From an uncultured Gammaproteobacteria bacterium (GTDB taxonomy: Bacteria > Pseudomonadota > Gammaproteobacteria > Pseudomonadales > Oceanobacteraceae), in contig CAWKOX010000033.1 in the NCBI GenBank assembly GCA_963851095.1, positions 179,312 to 243,311 on the forward strand: 64,000 nucleotides of DNA, read 5' to 3'. Each line of letters opens with the position of its first letter. The stretch's first letter is position 1. Under the pieces are notes generated by a model that saw only the letters and a list, made by a program, of their open reading frames with translations, searched no databases and was not told the DNA's origin. The translations under genes and the position numbers were made by a program. Of the stretch, positions 55,480 through 64,000 are shown in pieces.

Positions 55480-58260
55480 TTAAGAATCACTTCTAATTGA
55501 TTTTCGACGGCGGCGGTCACTAGCTGTACAAAATATCAGCATGCCGTTCAATATCAGCAAAATGAAAGCACTTCCAGCCGCAGTGCTGTTGCTGCCGGTA
55601 TCAGTTGTTGATTCATCACGTTTAATGTCCTTCTCGATTTCGAAATTGATGATGGCATCAAAGGGGTCATCTTCCAGTTGAAGCTCTTGCAGACTATCGC
55701 CTAAAGTGACCTGAAGTTTATTCGCATCAAAGGCATATTTATTAACGGTTATGGTGTAATTGAGGCTGCGTTCACGAATATTACTCAGTTCGGCTAATAC
55801 CGTTGAGTTATCGCTAGCGACAAGCTTTACACTAGGAGGCAGGGTACTAAAATCAAATGTTGAAGTAATGATGCGGCCTGAAAAAGTTAATGGATTATCA
55901 ATTAGCTCTAATGCAAACGTTTCTTGATCGGATTGTGAGCTGATATGGTTCGTGAACGATGTATGGTTTTCAGCAGATACCGTGATTTGACTATCACCAA
56001 CTTGAGGCAGGCTGATGGTCGCTTCTCCTTGTTCGTTCGTCATTAATTCGCGACTGAGACCCCAGTCGCTAAATCGATCATCGCTAATGCTTATTGTGGC
56101 AGCTATACCTATACCGGAAGAGTCTGTAACGGTAATGGCAACATCATGAAAGGGTAAAGTGGTTAGATCAATATTACCCGCAGGCAGTGATGGGCTATCG
56201 GCACTGATATTAATCGCACTGATGTCAGAGGCATCGTTGATTTCAAGCTGTACAACTGCACGATTGAAATGAATCGCATCGTCGGGTGTTGTTACTTGTG
56301 TTGCAATCACATTGTTCACTTTCAGATCGAGTAGCCCTTGTCCTTGATTGATATGCAGGTCTAACAGGCTATCAGCAGGAGCACCTTCGATGAAGATTTC
56401 TTGCTTTGAAGAGTTCTCAATAAGCTCAGTGATATTGGCCGAAACTCTTAAGGCTCGCTGAATGATAAAGTCTGCGCTATTCCCCAAGCTATCTGTCACG
56501 GTAATGCTATAGCGGCCAGCAAAAGCGCCAGTTGCAGGCATGTCTAAATAATAATCGCCGTCGGGTACATGCCTAAGGAACTCTTGAGTCGCATTCCTTC
56601 CATCAAAGGTAACTTCTACGGTATGGTTCTGGTCCCCCCCGTCTAAGGCAAATTCAAAGACGGTATTTAAGATAGTTAATGCCTGATCTTGATTAATATT
56701 TCCAGCATCACTGGTTAAAGAAAAGTCTCTCAAAATCGTTAGGCTTATCGCTTGCATCGTTGTTGTATTACCATCAGTGACGCTAATGTTAATGGTGGTA
56801 TTACCGGTGAAGTTATTGACAGCTTGAACCGTTAGGGCGGAGTTGTTAATGGTAGCCGTAACCTGATTTGCATCGAACGCAGAAACGGCAAAGGCTAGAG
56901 CATCTTGCTCTATGTCTGTAGCGGTTAGATTAAGTGTGAAGGTTTGGCTATATAGAGTAGAGCCAGAGGCTGGGTTAGTGAAAACGGGTGAGTCGTTAAC
57001 AGGCAAAATGGTGTAAAGGAAGTCTTCAGAGTCCGTTGCATTTTCTGCTCCACTACCATCATTGGCGATTACTGTGATGGTGGCATTACCAAAGTAATGT
57101 TCTGCTGGCGATAGTGTGAGCATGGCTCCTGATATCGTAGCCAGTACGGATGGATTGTTGGAAGAAGCAGAATAGCTAGTTGTCTGGTTATCAGGGTCTG
57201 TCACCGATAGCGAAATGATCAACTCATTATCTTCATCGCTTGTCTGATTGCCTATGGCTGTTAATACCGGGGCGGTATTTGCGGGTGGCTCGCTAATAAT
57301 AGGGCCGTTAATAATGGGCCAGCCAATATCCTGTAGTATTTGTTGCGCTAAGCCCGGTGCAATTAAAAATTCGGTATATTCAGGCTCCATGATTTCGTTC
57401 GGAGAGGCATCGATACTAAAATGGGAGACAGAGCTGCCCTCTTTATAAGGATTTGGCGCATGCATTTCAACTTTGCCATTATTTATCCCATCGCTTAAAC
57501 CAATTTCCGCCGCGGCGGTATTGACGTTACTGCCACTCCAAACAAGGTTGTCGGTATTTTTTGATGAGGCTAAACGCTGAGCGTTCGTCATATCTTCCCA
57601 ACTTAAATTCAGTGTGCTATCGAATAAGTGTTTGGTATAGCCATCGGGGGTATTCTGAAATAGCGCGCCGGAGTTACCGTCTGCAAGTGATAAAACCCCT
57701 AAGCCGTGAAGTAGCTCATGGATTACTGTGCTATAAAATGAGATGTCGTGAATGTATTGAGGATCGCCTGATGCCTCGGGATCATCGTAGCCATAATACC
57801 AATCGCTGCCACTTAGGCAGTTTGCATTATTATCAAGACGAGCGTTAAAAGAAGCGTCAATATCGGCTTTGTCTGCAATGGTATCGCTACCCATTAGATT
57901 ATTAGCCAGAGCGACGGGGTAGTAAGTATCTGCGGCCGGAGCATTCGCAAAATTAATCAAAACATTGTTTGGGCCTGCTGTTCCTAGAATAGCATTGTCA
58001 CTATTACAGTCGAGGTCAGTGACAAACGCGGCGTCGACCGTTACTTCAAAATCAATTTGCAGGTAAGCTTCAAGTGTATCAGCGGCCTTCTGAAAAACAT
58101 TAAGACGCTGCTGGCCTAGCGTTGTGCCCGAGTTTCCTCCGACAGGATCTGTGCTGGTCGCATCATTAAGCCCAGTGCCGGGAATGATAATGATCTCTCC
58201 GGCAAAGCTTATCGGCGATAGGGACAGTAAAAAAGCCGCTAAAATAAGGCGGTATGGCAT
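55480..58260 (-). CDS. large secreted HExxH zinc-metalloprotease-like protein with cadherin-like repeats and a C-terminal sorting-signal-like tail
   Basis: 926 aa. Signal peptide ..SPISFA/GE, VIHELLHGLG (HExxHxxG), and at least two cadherin-like modules (..APVLTAIGNQTSDEDNEL.ISLSVTDPDNQ...ILPVNDSPVFTN..). The extreme C-terminus is TAAGSAFILLILNGMLIFCTASDRRRRKSIRSDS: a small-residue motif, a TM helix and an Arg cluster. Confidence 0.6.
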   Translation of the reverse strand: MPYRLILAAFLLSLSPISFAGEIIIIPGTGLNDATSTDPVGGNSGTTLGQQRLNVFQKAADTLEAYLQIDFEVTVDAAFVTDLDCNSDNAILGTAGPNNVLINFANAPAADTYYPVALANNLMGSDTIADKADIDASFNARLDNNANCLSGSDWYYGYDDPEASGDPQYIHDISFYSTVIHELLHGLGVLSLADGNSGALFQNTPDGYTKHLFDSTLNLSWEDMTNAQRLASSKNTDNLVWSGSNVNTAAAEIGLSDGINNGKVEMHAPNPYKEGSSVSHFSIDASPNEIMEPEYTEFLIAPGLAQQILQDIGWPIINGPIISEPPANTAPVLTAIGNQTSDEDNELIISLSVTDPDNQTTSYSASSNNPSVLATISGAMLTLSPAEHYFGNATITVIANDGSGAENATDSEDFLYTILPVNDSPVFTNPASGSTLYSQTFTLNLTATDIEQDALAFAVSAFDANQVTATINNSALTVQAVNNFTGNTTINISVTDGNTTTMQAISLTILRDFSLTSDAGNINQDQALTILNTVFEFALDGGDQNHTVEVTFDGRNATQEFLRHVPDGDYYLDMPATGAFAGRYSITVTDSLGNSADFIIQRALRVSANITELIENSSKQEIFIEGAPADSLLDLHINQGQGLLDLKVNNVIATQVTTPDDAIHFNRAVVQLEINDASDISAINISADSPSLPAGNIDLTTLPFHDVAITVTDSSGIGIAATISISDDRFSDWGLSRELMTNEQGEATISLPQVGDSQITVSAENHTSFTNHISSQSDQETFALELIDNPLTFSGRIITSTFDFSTLPPSVKLVASDNSTVLAELSNIRERSLNYTITVNKYAFDANKLQVTLGDSLQELQLEDDPFDAIINFEIEKDIKRDESTTDTGSNSTAAGSAFILLILNGMLIFCTASDRRRRKSIRSDS

Positions 58261-58421
58261 GGCTCGATTCTCGGTTGCTGATTTTGCCTACTTACTTTAA
58301 CAGGCTAGCTAATAAACTGAGTGGGGGGTAGGAATATTGTGTGGTGAATATGTAAGTGGTATTAAACAGGGCTGCCAAATTGGCGGTCAGTTAGCCTTTA
58401 TTCATCTCACTAGTCGTCTCA

Positions 58422-58856
58422 CTATTCATCTTCGCTGTCAGCAATCGGGGTAATCACTCTTTCTATAATTCGAGGTTTGCCATCTTTGCTTTTTATTGCG
58501 ACAGGAGCGTGTTGATATTGCCCTTTGAGGTCGATACTGATGCTGCCATCAGGATGATGCTTTTTAACCAGCTGATCAGCTGGGATACGTTTTGCTTCAA
58601 GAGCGTCTTCAATAAACTTAGGAATCTCTTGCGACTCAGAGGTCTTATGGTGACTGGCTTCTTTTTCAGCAGTCGTTTTGATCGGTGCCGATTTAATGTG
58701 AGGTGTGGTATTGATGTTCTGATCAGTGGCTGAAGATGCGCCAGTATCCGTTAGGATTTCGACTTGTGAATCTGGGTTGACTTGTGCACCTGGATTAAAC
58801 AGGTAAATAATACCCGCGACGGCCATTAATATCGCCAATGCTCGAAGTTTATCCAT
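58422..58856 (-). CDS. hypothetical N-terminally anchored protein
   Basis: 144 aa, one N-terminal TM segment (ALAILMAVAGIIYLF), no motif I recognise. Same strand as, and upstream of, the 926-aa gene. Confidence 0.35.
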   Translation of the reverse strand: MDKLRALAILMAVAGIIYLFNPGAQVNPDSQVEILTDTGASSATDQNINTTPHIKSAPIKTTAEKEASHHKTSESQEIPKFIEDALEAKRIPADQLVKKHHPDGSISIDLKGQYQHAPVAIKSKDGKPRIIERVITPIADSEDE

Positions 58857-58992
58857 TTCAATACTCCCCAGTCATTTCGACCTTTTATTCTTAATGGTTT
58901 TTATAATCTGACTTTCTTATATCTTTTGTAGCATAAGCCCTAATCGAAAGACAATTTTAGTACTAAGAAAGGATCGAATCTTCTACGATAGA

Positions 58993-61623
58993 TCAATATT
59001 TCTTATGTTTTGTGAACCGTGTCGCTTCGCTTTCTAGTGGATTTTCAGGCCAAGGATGCTTTGGGTAGCGGCCACGCATTTCTTTACGCACTTCAAAGTA
59101 ACTACTGCGCCAAAAGTGCGGCAAATCTTGTGTTATCTGCAAAGGCTTTCGTGCAGGAGAAAGTAAGTGCAGCATCAGGTCGATTCGACCATTGCAGATA
59201 CTGGGCTTACCTTGATAGCCAAACATTTCTTGCAGTTTAACCGCGAGTACCGGCGGGTTTTGTGAGTAATCGATTTTATAGTGAGAGCCACTCGGGACTT
59301 CAATTTTCTCGGGAACTAACGCATCAAAGTCAGCAACCTTATCCCAGCCTAAGCGGTTTAATAGTGCTTGTTTTAAATCGATTTTATTTAACGCTTTTTG
59401 TGATCGGCATTGGCTAAGGAGTGGCATTAACCAGTTTTCGATATCGGCAAGCAGTGCGTCTTCACTAAAGCTAGGCCATGGGTTGCCATAACTTTTTGTG
59501 CTGTCGAGATGTTGTGAACTGTCAGATTGTTGCTGGTGGAACTCAAACGCCAGTTGTAGGCGTGCAAGCAACTGATGGTGTTCGTCATTCCAAGGTAATG
59601 ATTTTATACCGTTATCAATGAGATAATTTCGCCATGCATCCTGCCATTGCTCGTTGCTTAACGCGCTTAACTTTTTCTGGCTGATGAGCAGCGCGCCTAA
59701 GTATTCTCTGGTTTCTGCTTCGAGCTGTCCTTTGTCATTCCATTCAATATGGCTGCGTACTTGGATATGGCTACTGAATATCTCTAATAATTCAGCTTCA
59801 CTAATGGGCATGGCTTTGCGAATTAAGCTGCTGCCTTGTAGGTTGTCTTCAATATCGGTGACGATTAACCAGTCTTCTTGAGTTAACGAGGAGCTAAAGT
59901 GAAGTTGAGCGCCACGGCCTGAGCTGAGTAGATAATGCTGTGCGCTACTACTATTTGCCGTTGCACCTTTTGAACGGCTACCTCTGCGCTGGGCAATGCG
60001 ATCAGGAAAGGCGAGGGCCAATAGTTGCGGAATACTTGCTCTAGGTTTTTCTAATTTAGTCTTTTCTAATTTAGGCTTCTCTGATCTTGATCCTACTTTT
60101 TTCTCCCAAGCTTGTGCCTGACGGTGTATCGACGAGAATATTTTAGGTTGGGCCTTAGCCTGTTGTAAAAGGCTGGCTAAATCATCGTTATTACGGAGTG
60201 CTTTTGGTGTATCGGTTAATAGTGCCGCTAATAAACAGGCGTCTTTTAAGGTTTGCTGGTCGTTCGCATTTAAGAGCATATGAGCAAATCGCGGTGACAT
60301 TCCCAACTGGCTAGCATGTTCTCCGTGTGGGCTTATTTGTCCTTTTTCATCCAGAAGTTCTAGATTGGTTAATAACGCTTGTGCTTGTTCGACAAAACGT
60401 GGGGGCGGAGGTGTGAGCCAATCAAGTTCTTCAATGCTCGAGCCCCATTGAGCAACGTTGAGTACGAGGTCGCTAAGTTCAATGCGACTGATCTCTGCAG
60501 GGCTGTGTGCTTCAAGGCTGCACTGCCCTTGTTCGTTCCATAATCGATAGCAAATGCCGGGTTCTATTCGTCCTGCTCGGCCCGCTCTTTGTATGGATGA
60601 GGCTTGGCTTATCTTTTTGGTCATCAAGGCATTCATGCCGCTGCGTGCATTGTAATTCAGCTGCTTTTCTAATCCGGAATCGACTACGATGCGTATACCT
60701 TCAATGGTCAGCGAGCTTTCTGCGATGTTGGTCGCGAGTACGATTTTGCGTTGGTCTTTTTCGGTTGCTTGAATCGCTGCTTGCTGTTCTTTGTCGCTGA
60801 GTTGGCCGTAAAGAGGATGAATGCTGGTGGAAGCGGCGATGCTCGAATGTTGCGCGTTCTTTAACTTTTCTTGCAGCTGTTGCTGAACAAACTGGATGTC
60901 TCTAACACCGGGAAGAAAGGCGAGAATACTGCCGTCTTCTTGTTGTAATGCGGTGATGATAGCGTCGGTCATTTGGTTGCTCAGACGTGCCTTGGTATCG
61001 AAGCCACAGTAGTGGTAGTCGATGGGGTAAGCGCGGCCGGGGCAGAATAATGTGTCTGCTTCTAGCATGTGCTCAAGAGCTTGTTTGTCTATGGTCGCTG
61101 ACATGACCAGTAGTTTTAAATCTTCGCGAAACAGTTGTTGGCATTGTAGGCTGAGAGCTAGGCCAAGGTCGGTATTAACGGAGCGTTCGTGGTGTTCATC
61201 GAATATGATGAGGCCGATATTGCTCAGTTCGGGGTCTTGTAGCAGGTAGCGGGTTAAAATACCTTCGGTAATGACTTCGATGCGGGTATGTTCGCTTACT
61301 TGGGTATCTTGGCGCATACGATAGCCAACGGTTTGGCCGACGTTTTCGCCTAGGCTCTTGGCCATGAATAACGCGGCATTTCTGGCGGCAAGGCGTCTGG
61401 GTTCTAGCATGATGATTTTTTTGTAGCTGCCATCATCGTTTATTAGCCAATCTGCGTCTAATAAGGCTAAAGGCACGCGCGTTGTCTTACCGGCCCCTGG
61501 TTGGGCGGATAATATGATATTTTTGTTTTGGCTTAAGGCCTGATTTAATTCTGGTAAGATAGAATCAATCGGTAAACTGTTCATGGCTATGGCGGCCTTA
61601 ATTGTCGAGTCGGTGTGGTTCAA
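58993..61623 (-). CDS. hrpB: ATP-dependent RNA helicase HrpB (DEAH-box)
   Basis: 876 aa. Walker A PGAGKTT, DE(H)H box (IIFDEHHERS), SAT, QRAGRAGR, and the HrpB C-terminal domain (..RYPKH.WPE.P). Confidence 0.88.
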   Translation of the reverse strand: MNHTDSTIKAAIAMNSLPIDSILPELNQALSQNKNIILSAQPGAGKTTRVPLALLDADWLINDDGSYKKIIMLEPRRLAARNAALFMAKSLGENVGQTVGYRMRQDTQVSEHTRIEVITEGILTRYLLQDPELSNIGLIIFDEHHERSVNTDLGLALSLQCQQLFREDLKLLVMSATIDKQALEHMLEADTLFCPGRAYPIDYHYCGFDTKARLSNQMTDAIITALQQEDGSILAFLPGVRDIQFVQQQLQEKLKNAQHSSIAASTSIHPLYGQLSDKEQQAAIQATEKDQRKIVLATNIAESSLTIEGIRIVVDSGLEKQLNYNARSGMNALMTKKISQASSIQRAGRAGRIEPGICYRLWNEQGQCSLEAHSPAEISRIELSDLVLNVAQWGSSIEELDWLTPPPPRFVEQAQALLTNLELLDEKGQISPHGEHASQLGMSPRFAHMLLNANDQQTLKDACLLAALLTDTPKALRNNDDLASLLQQAKAQPKIFSSIHRQAQAWEKKVGSRSEKPKLEKTKLEKPRASIPQLLALAFPDRIAQRRGSRSKGATANSSSAQHYLLSSGRGAQLHFSSSLTQEDWLIVTDIEDNLQGSSLIRKAMPISEAELLEIFSSHIQVRSHIEWNDKGQLEAETREYLGALLISQKKLSALSNEQWQDAWRNYLIDNGIKSLPWNDEHHQLLARLQLAFEFHQQQSDSSQHLDSTKSYGNPWPSFSEDALLADIENWLMPLLSQCRSQKALNKIDLKQALLNRLGWDKVADFDALVPEKIEVPSGSHYKIDYSQNPPVLAVKLQEMFGYQGKPSICNGRIDLMLHLLSPARKPLQITQDLPHFWRSSYFEVRKEMRGRYPKHPWPENPLESEATRFTKHKKY

Positions 61624-61656
61624 GTTGATGAGGTTGTGATCTCTAAGGGGTATTGT

Positions 61657-61836
61657 ATGTCAGATTCGTCAGATGTTTTAGATTTTGCGCAAGCCGCTGA
61701 GCGTCGCAAGCATGAAAAACGGGAAGAAAAGGTTGCAGGCATTCGTGATCAGTTTGATCGTGCCTTTAATCCAAGCACGAAACCGACGCCGGTGAAGGAT
61801 TTCTTGCGTAAGAAAAAAGCTAAGAAAAAGCGGTAA
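61657..61836 (+). CDS. small basic hypothetical protein (59 aa)
   Basis: The internal ATG at 61657 gives MSDSSDVLDF...KKKAKKKR. It is divergent from hrpB. Coding status is uncertain. Confidence 0.3.
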   Translation: MSDSSDVLDFAQAAERRKHEKREEKVAGIRDQFDRAFNPSTKPTPVKDFLRKKKAKKKR

Positions 61837-61983
61837 AAGCTAAGGGCGAAAAGCATTTTGACTGTTGGTTTTTAAACCGCAAATAGCTCAAATATATTCT
61901 TAATTCTCTAAACTGAAGAGCATACCGAGCGCAAGCAGATCATTAGAAGGATCTAGCGCCACGGCATTTTAGAGTAACGAAAC

Positions 61984-63102
61984 CTAAGCCTTACGCTGTA
62001 AAAATACGCCACATTCAATATGGTGGGTATAAGGGAACTGATCAAACAGCGCGAAGCGTTTAATGTCGTGGGTCTTGGTGAATTCTTGCAAGTTGTTGTG
62101 CAAGGTTTCAGGGTTGCATGAAATATAAATAATATTGTCGTAGCCTTGGGTTTGCTTCACCGATTCGTCGTCCAAACCAGAGCGTGGTGGGTCCACTAAA
62201 GTGGTGGTGAATTCATAAGCATTCAAATCAATGCCTTCTAAGCGACGGAATGCTCTAACGCCTTGTAAGGCTTGCACGAATTCTTCACTCGAAAGACGCG
62301 CGATAATTAAATTATCGATGCCATTTTTTTCGATGTTATCTTGTGCAGCATACACCGACGTTTTAGAAATCTCAGTCGCCATCACTTTATTGTAATGCTC
62401 GGCCAGCGCGATAGAAAAGTTACCGTTGCCGCAATACAGCTCAACCAAATCACCACTTAACGGTCTGGATAGTTCTTTCGCCCAAGACAGCATCTTCTGG
62501 TTCATGCCGCCGTTTGGTTGAGTGAAGCCCCCTTCGATTTGCTTGTAGTGATAGTCTTTGCCATCGATGTTTAAAGTTTCAATGACGTAGTCACGCTCTA
62601 AAACAACCTTCTGCTTACGAGAGCGGCCAATAATAGGAAAACCAATCTGTGCTTGCAGCTTTTCCGCTGCTGCGCGCCATTCATCATCTAATGGCTTGTG
62701 ATAAATCATGGTGATTAATGCATCGCCACTTAATGTGGTGAGAAATTCCATTTGGAACATGCGCTGCATTAAAATATCGTTTTCGGGTAGGTGAATCGCA
62801 TTACGCATTTCTACCATTAAATGGTTGATCAGCTTACTGGCAATTGGGAAGTCAGTAATCTCAATAGGCGTTCGCTTATCGGCGGGATCAAACATGGCGT
62901 AAAAACAACGGCCATCTTGATGCCAAATGCGAAATTCAGCGCGTAAACGAAAGTGTTCAGGTTCACTTGCGAAGACTTCCAGTTTAGGCAGTGGCTGTGC
63001 TTTTCCAGTGCTGCTAGTCGCAAAGTTCGCAAAGTCGTGTTCGATTTTCGCTTGTTTTTCATCTAACAGAGTTTGGTACTGATCTGGATTGGTCATGGTC
63101 AT
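61984..63102 (-). CDS. trmA: tRNA (uracil54-C5)-methyltransferase
   Basis: 372 aa. SAM-binding LELYCG.GNFS..LA, VDPPR.G.D, and catalytic ISCNP.TL. Colinear with E. coli TrmA. Confidence 0.88.
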   Translation of the reverse strand: MTMTNPDQYQTLLDEKQAKIEHDFANFATSSTGKAQPLPKLEVFASEPEHFRLRAEFRIWHQDGRCFYAMFDPADKRTPIEITDFPIASKLINHLMVEMRNAIHLPENDILMQRMFQMEFLTTLSGDALITMIYHKPLDDEWRAAAEKLQAQIGFPIIGRSRKQKVVLERDYVIETLNIDGKDYHYKQIEGGFTQPNGGMNQKMLSWAKELSRPLSGDLVELYCGNGNFSIALAEHYNKVMATEISKTSVYAAQDNIEKNGIDNLIIARLSSEEFVQALQGVRAFRRLEGIDLNAYEFTTTLVDPPRSGLDDESVKQTQGYDNIIYISCNPETLHNNLQEFTKTHDIKRFALFDQFPYTHHIECGVFLQRKA

Positions 63103-63345
63103 GTCTAAAGAGTCTTTTTAAAAGGTCGGCAAAAGCCATATTGAGTGGCATTATACGAGATCGCTTTGCCGAGTCATAGTCGTTGTCGAAGAATTAGAGA
63201 GCAGGTAAGTCATACACGTCACTTGGGCCAATGCAGCATGGTAGAGTTTGACTAAACTGTTAATTATTAATATGAAGCACCATAGACCCATTAATACTTG
63301 GTGTAAGTAGTCATCTGATTTAAATTTGTTTAAAAGGAATACCGC

Positions 63346-64000
63346 ATGTCACACGTACAAGAACTGGTTGATTTATTACGCTTAGAGTCAATTGGTGTAA
63401 ATCGCTTTCGTGGCCAGTGCCAGGACTTGGGTTTCCGTAATCTGTTTGGTGGACAAGTGCTGGGGCAGAGTTTATCAGCGGCGTGTCAGACACTGCCTGA
63501 AGGTGAGTGGGCTCCGCATTCGTTGCATGCGTATTTTCTGCGTCCTGGAAATGTGGTTGATAGCATTGAATTTGAAGTGGATTGTGTGCGCGATGGTCGC
63601 AGCTTTGCAATGAGGCAGATTACTGCCAGTCAAAACGGCAAAGCCATCTTGACGATGATGTGTTCATTTCAGCATCCTGAAGAAGGTTTTGAACATCAAG
63701 ATACGATGCCAGATGTGAAAGGCCCTGAAGGTGTGTTATCTCAGCTTGAATTAAGTCGTATGTTTAAAGATCACTTTCCTGAGAAAGTTCGTGATATCTA
63801 TACCGCAGACAAGCCGATTGAAATTCGTGCCATTGATCCTATAAATATTTTTGCACCTAAAAAACAAGATCCTATTAAATATGTTTGGATGAAAGCGGAT
63901 GATCAATTAGAAAATGATCCTATGGTTCACTTGAGTGTTTTAACCTATGCTACAGATTTTAATTTAATCGGTACCTCGATGATGCCTCATGGTGTTTCCT
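63346..64000 (+). CDS. tesB: acyl-CoA thioesterase II, 5' portion (runs off the window)
   Basis: ATG at 63346. MSHVQELVDLLRLESIGVNRFRGQCQDLGFRNLFGGQVLGQSL.AA..T......HSLHAYFLRPG......EFEVD.VRDGRSF..R...A.QNGK.I matches the TesB double hot-dog N-terminal half. It is absent from the ORF track because there is no stop codon in the window. Confidence 0.8.
   Translation, partial: MSHVQELVDLLRLESIGVNRFRGQCQDLGFRNLFGGQVLGQSLSAACQTLPEGEWAPHSLHAYFLRPGNVVDSIEFEVDCVRDGRSFAMRQITASQNGKAILTMMCSFQHPEEGFEHQDTMPDVKGPEGVLSQLELSRMFKDHFPEKVRDIYTADKPIEIRAIDPINIFAPKKQDPIKYVWMKADDQLENDPMVHLSVLTYATDFNLIGTSMMPHGVS

Noticed and set aside
63320-63613. 96-aa minus-strand and 67-aa plus-strand ORFs at the window end
   Set aside because: Both overlap the tesB reading frame (start 63346), which has a clear thioesterase II N-terminal sequence. 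The listed ORFs are off-frame or antisense artefacts.

Overview
The window looks like a chromosomal segment of a gammaproteobacterium. This is inferred from gene content and synteny (pepA divergent from lptFG, queA-tgt-yajC-secDF, a long-form dapD, finR-like/fpr) and is not a database result. Most of it is densely packed housekeeping: a partial upp, ppiC, dbpA, dapD, fpr, a complete sufBCDS-sufA-sufT operon with a divergent Rrf2 regulator, tcdA, a FadL-family porin, yciH, pepA, lptFG, one tRNA-Leu(CAA), queA-tgt-yajC-secDF, trxB, ribE, hrpB, trmA and a partial tesB. I found no transposase, integrase, CRISPR array or rRNA.

Four regions look accessory or poorly understood:
1. An AT-rich islet of about 4.8 kb (11.9-16.7 kb). 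It has a PepSY / PhoP-like / PhoQ-like operon extended by two Bor-like lipoprotein genes. A second operon runs the other way, with a 59-codon sORF and three more small two-cysteine lipoproteins.
2. A membrane-anchored AraC regulator followed by a parallel beta-helix lipoprotein and a diheme c-type cytochrome lipoprotein (37.1-41.7 kb).
3. A small membrane protein whose N-terminus is a textbook tandem MshEN c-di-GMP-binding motif (49.9-50.6 kb).
4. A 926-aa HExxH / cadherin-like surface protein with a C-terminal sorting-signal-like tail. Directly downstream is a receiver domain that lacks its own start codon and is probably a hybrid-kinase remnant (55.0-58.3 kb).

Several structured intergenic elements are also reported. 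All functional calls come from reading motifs in the translations by eye; no searches were run.
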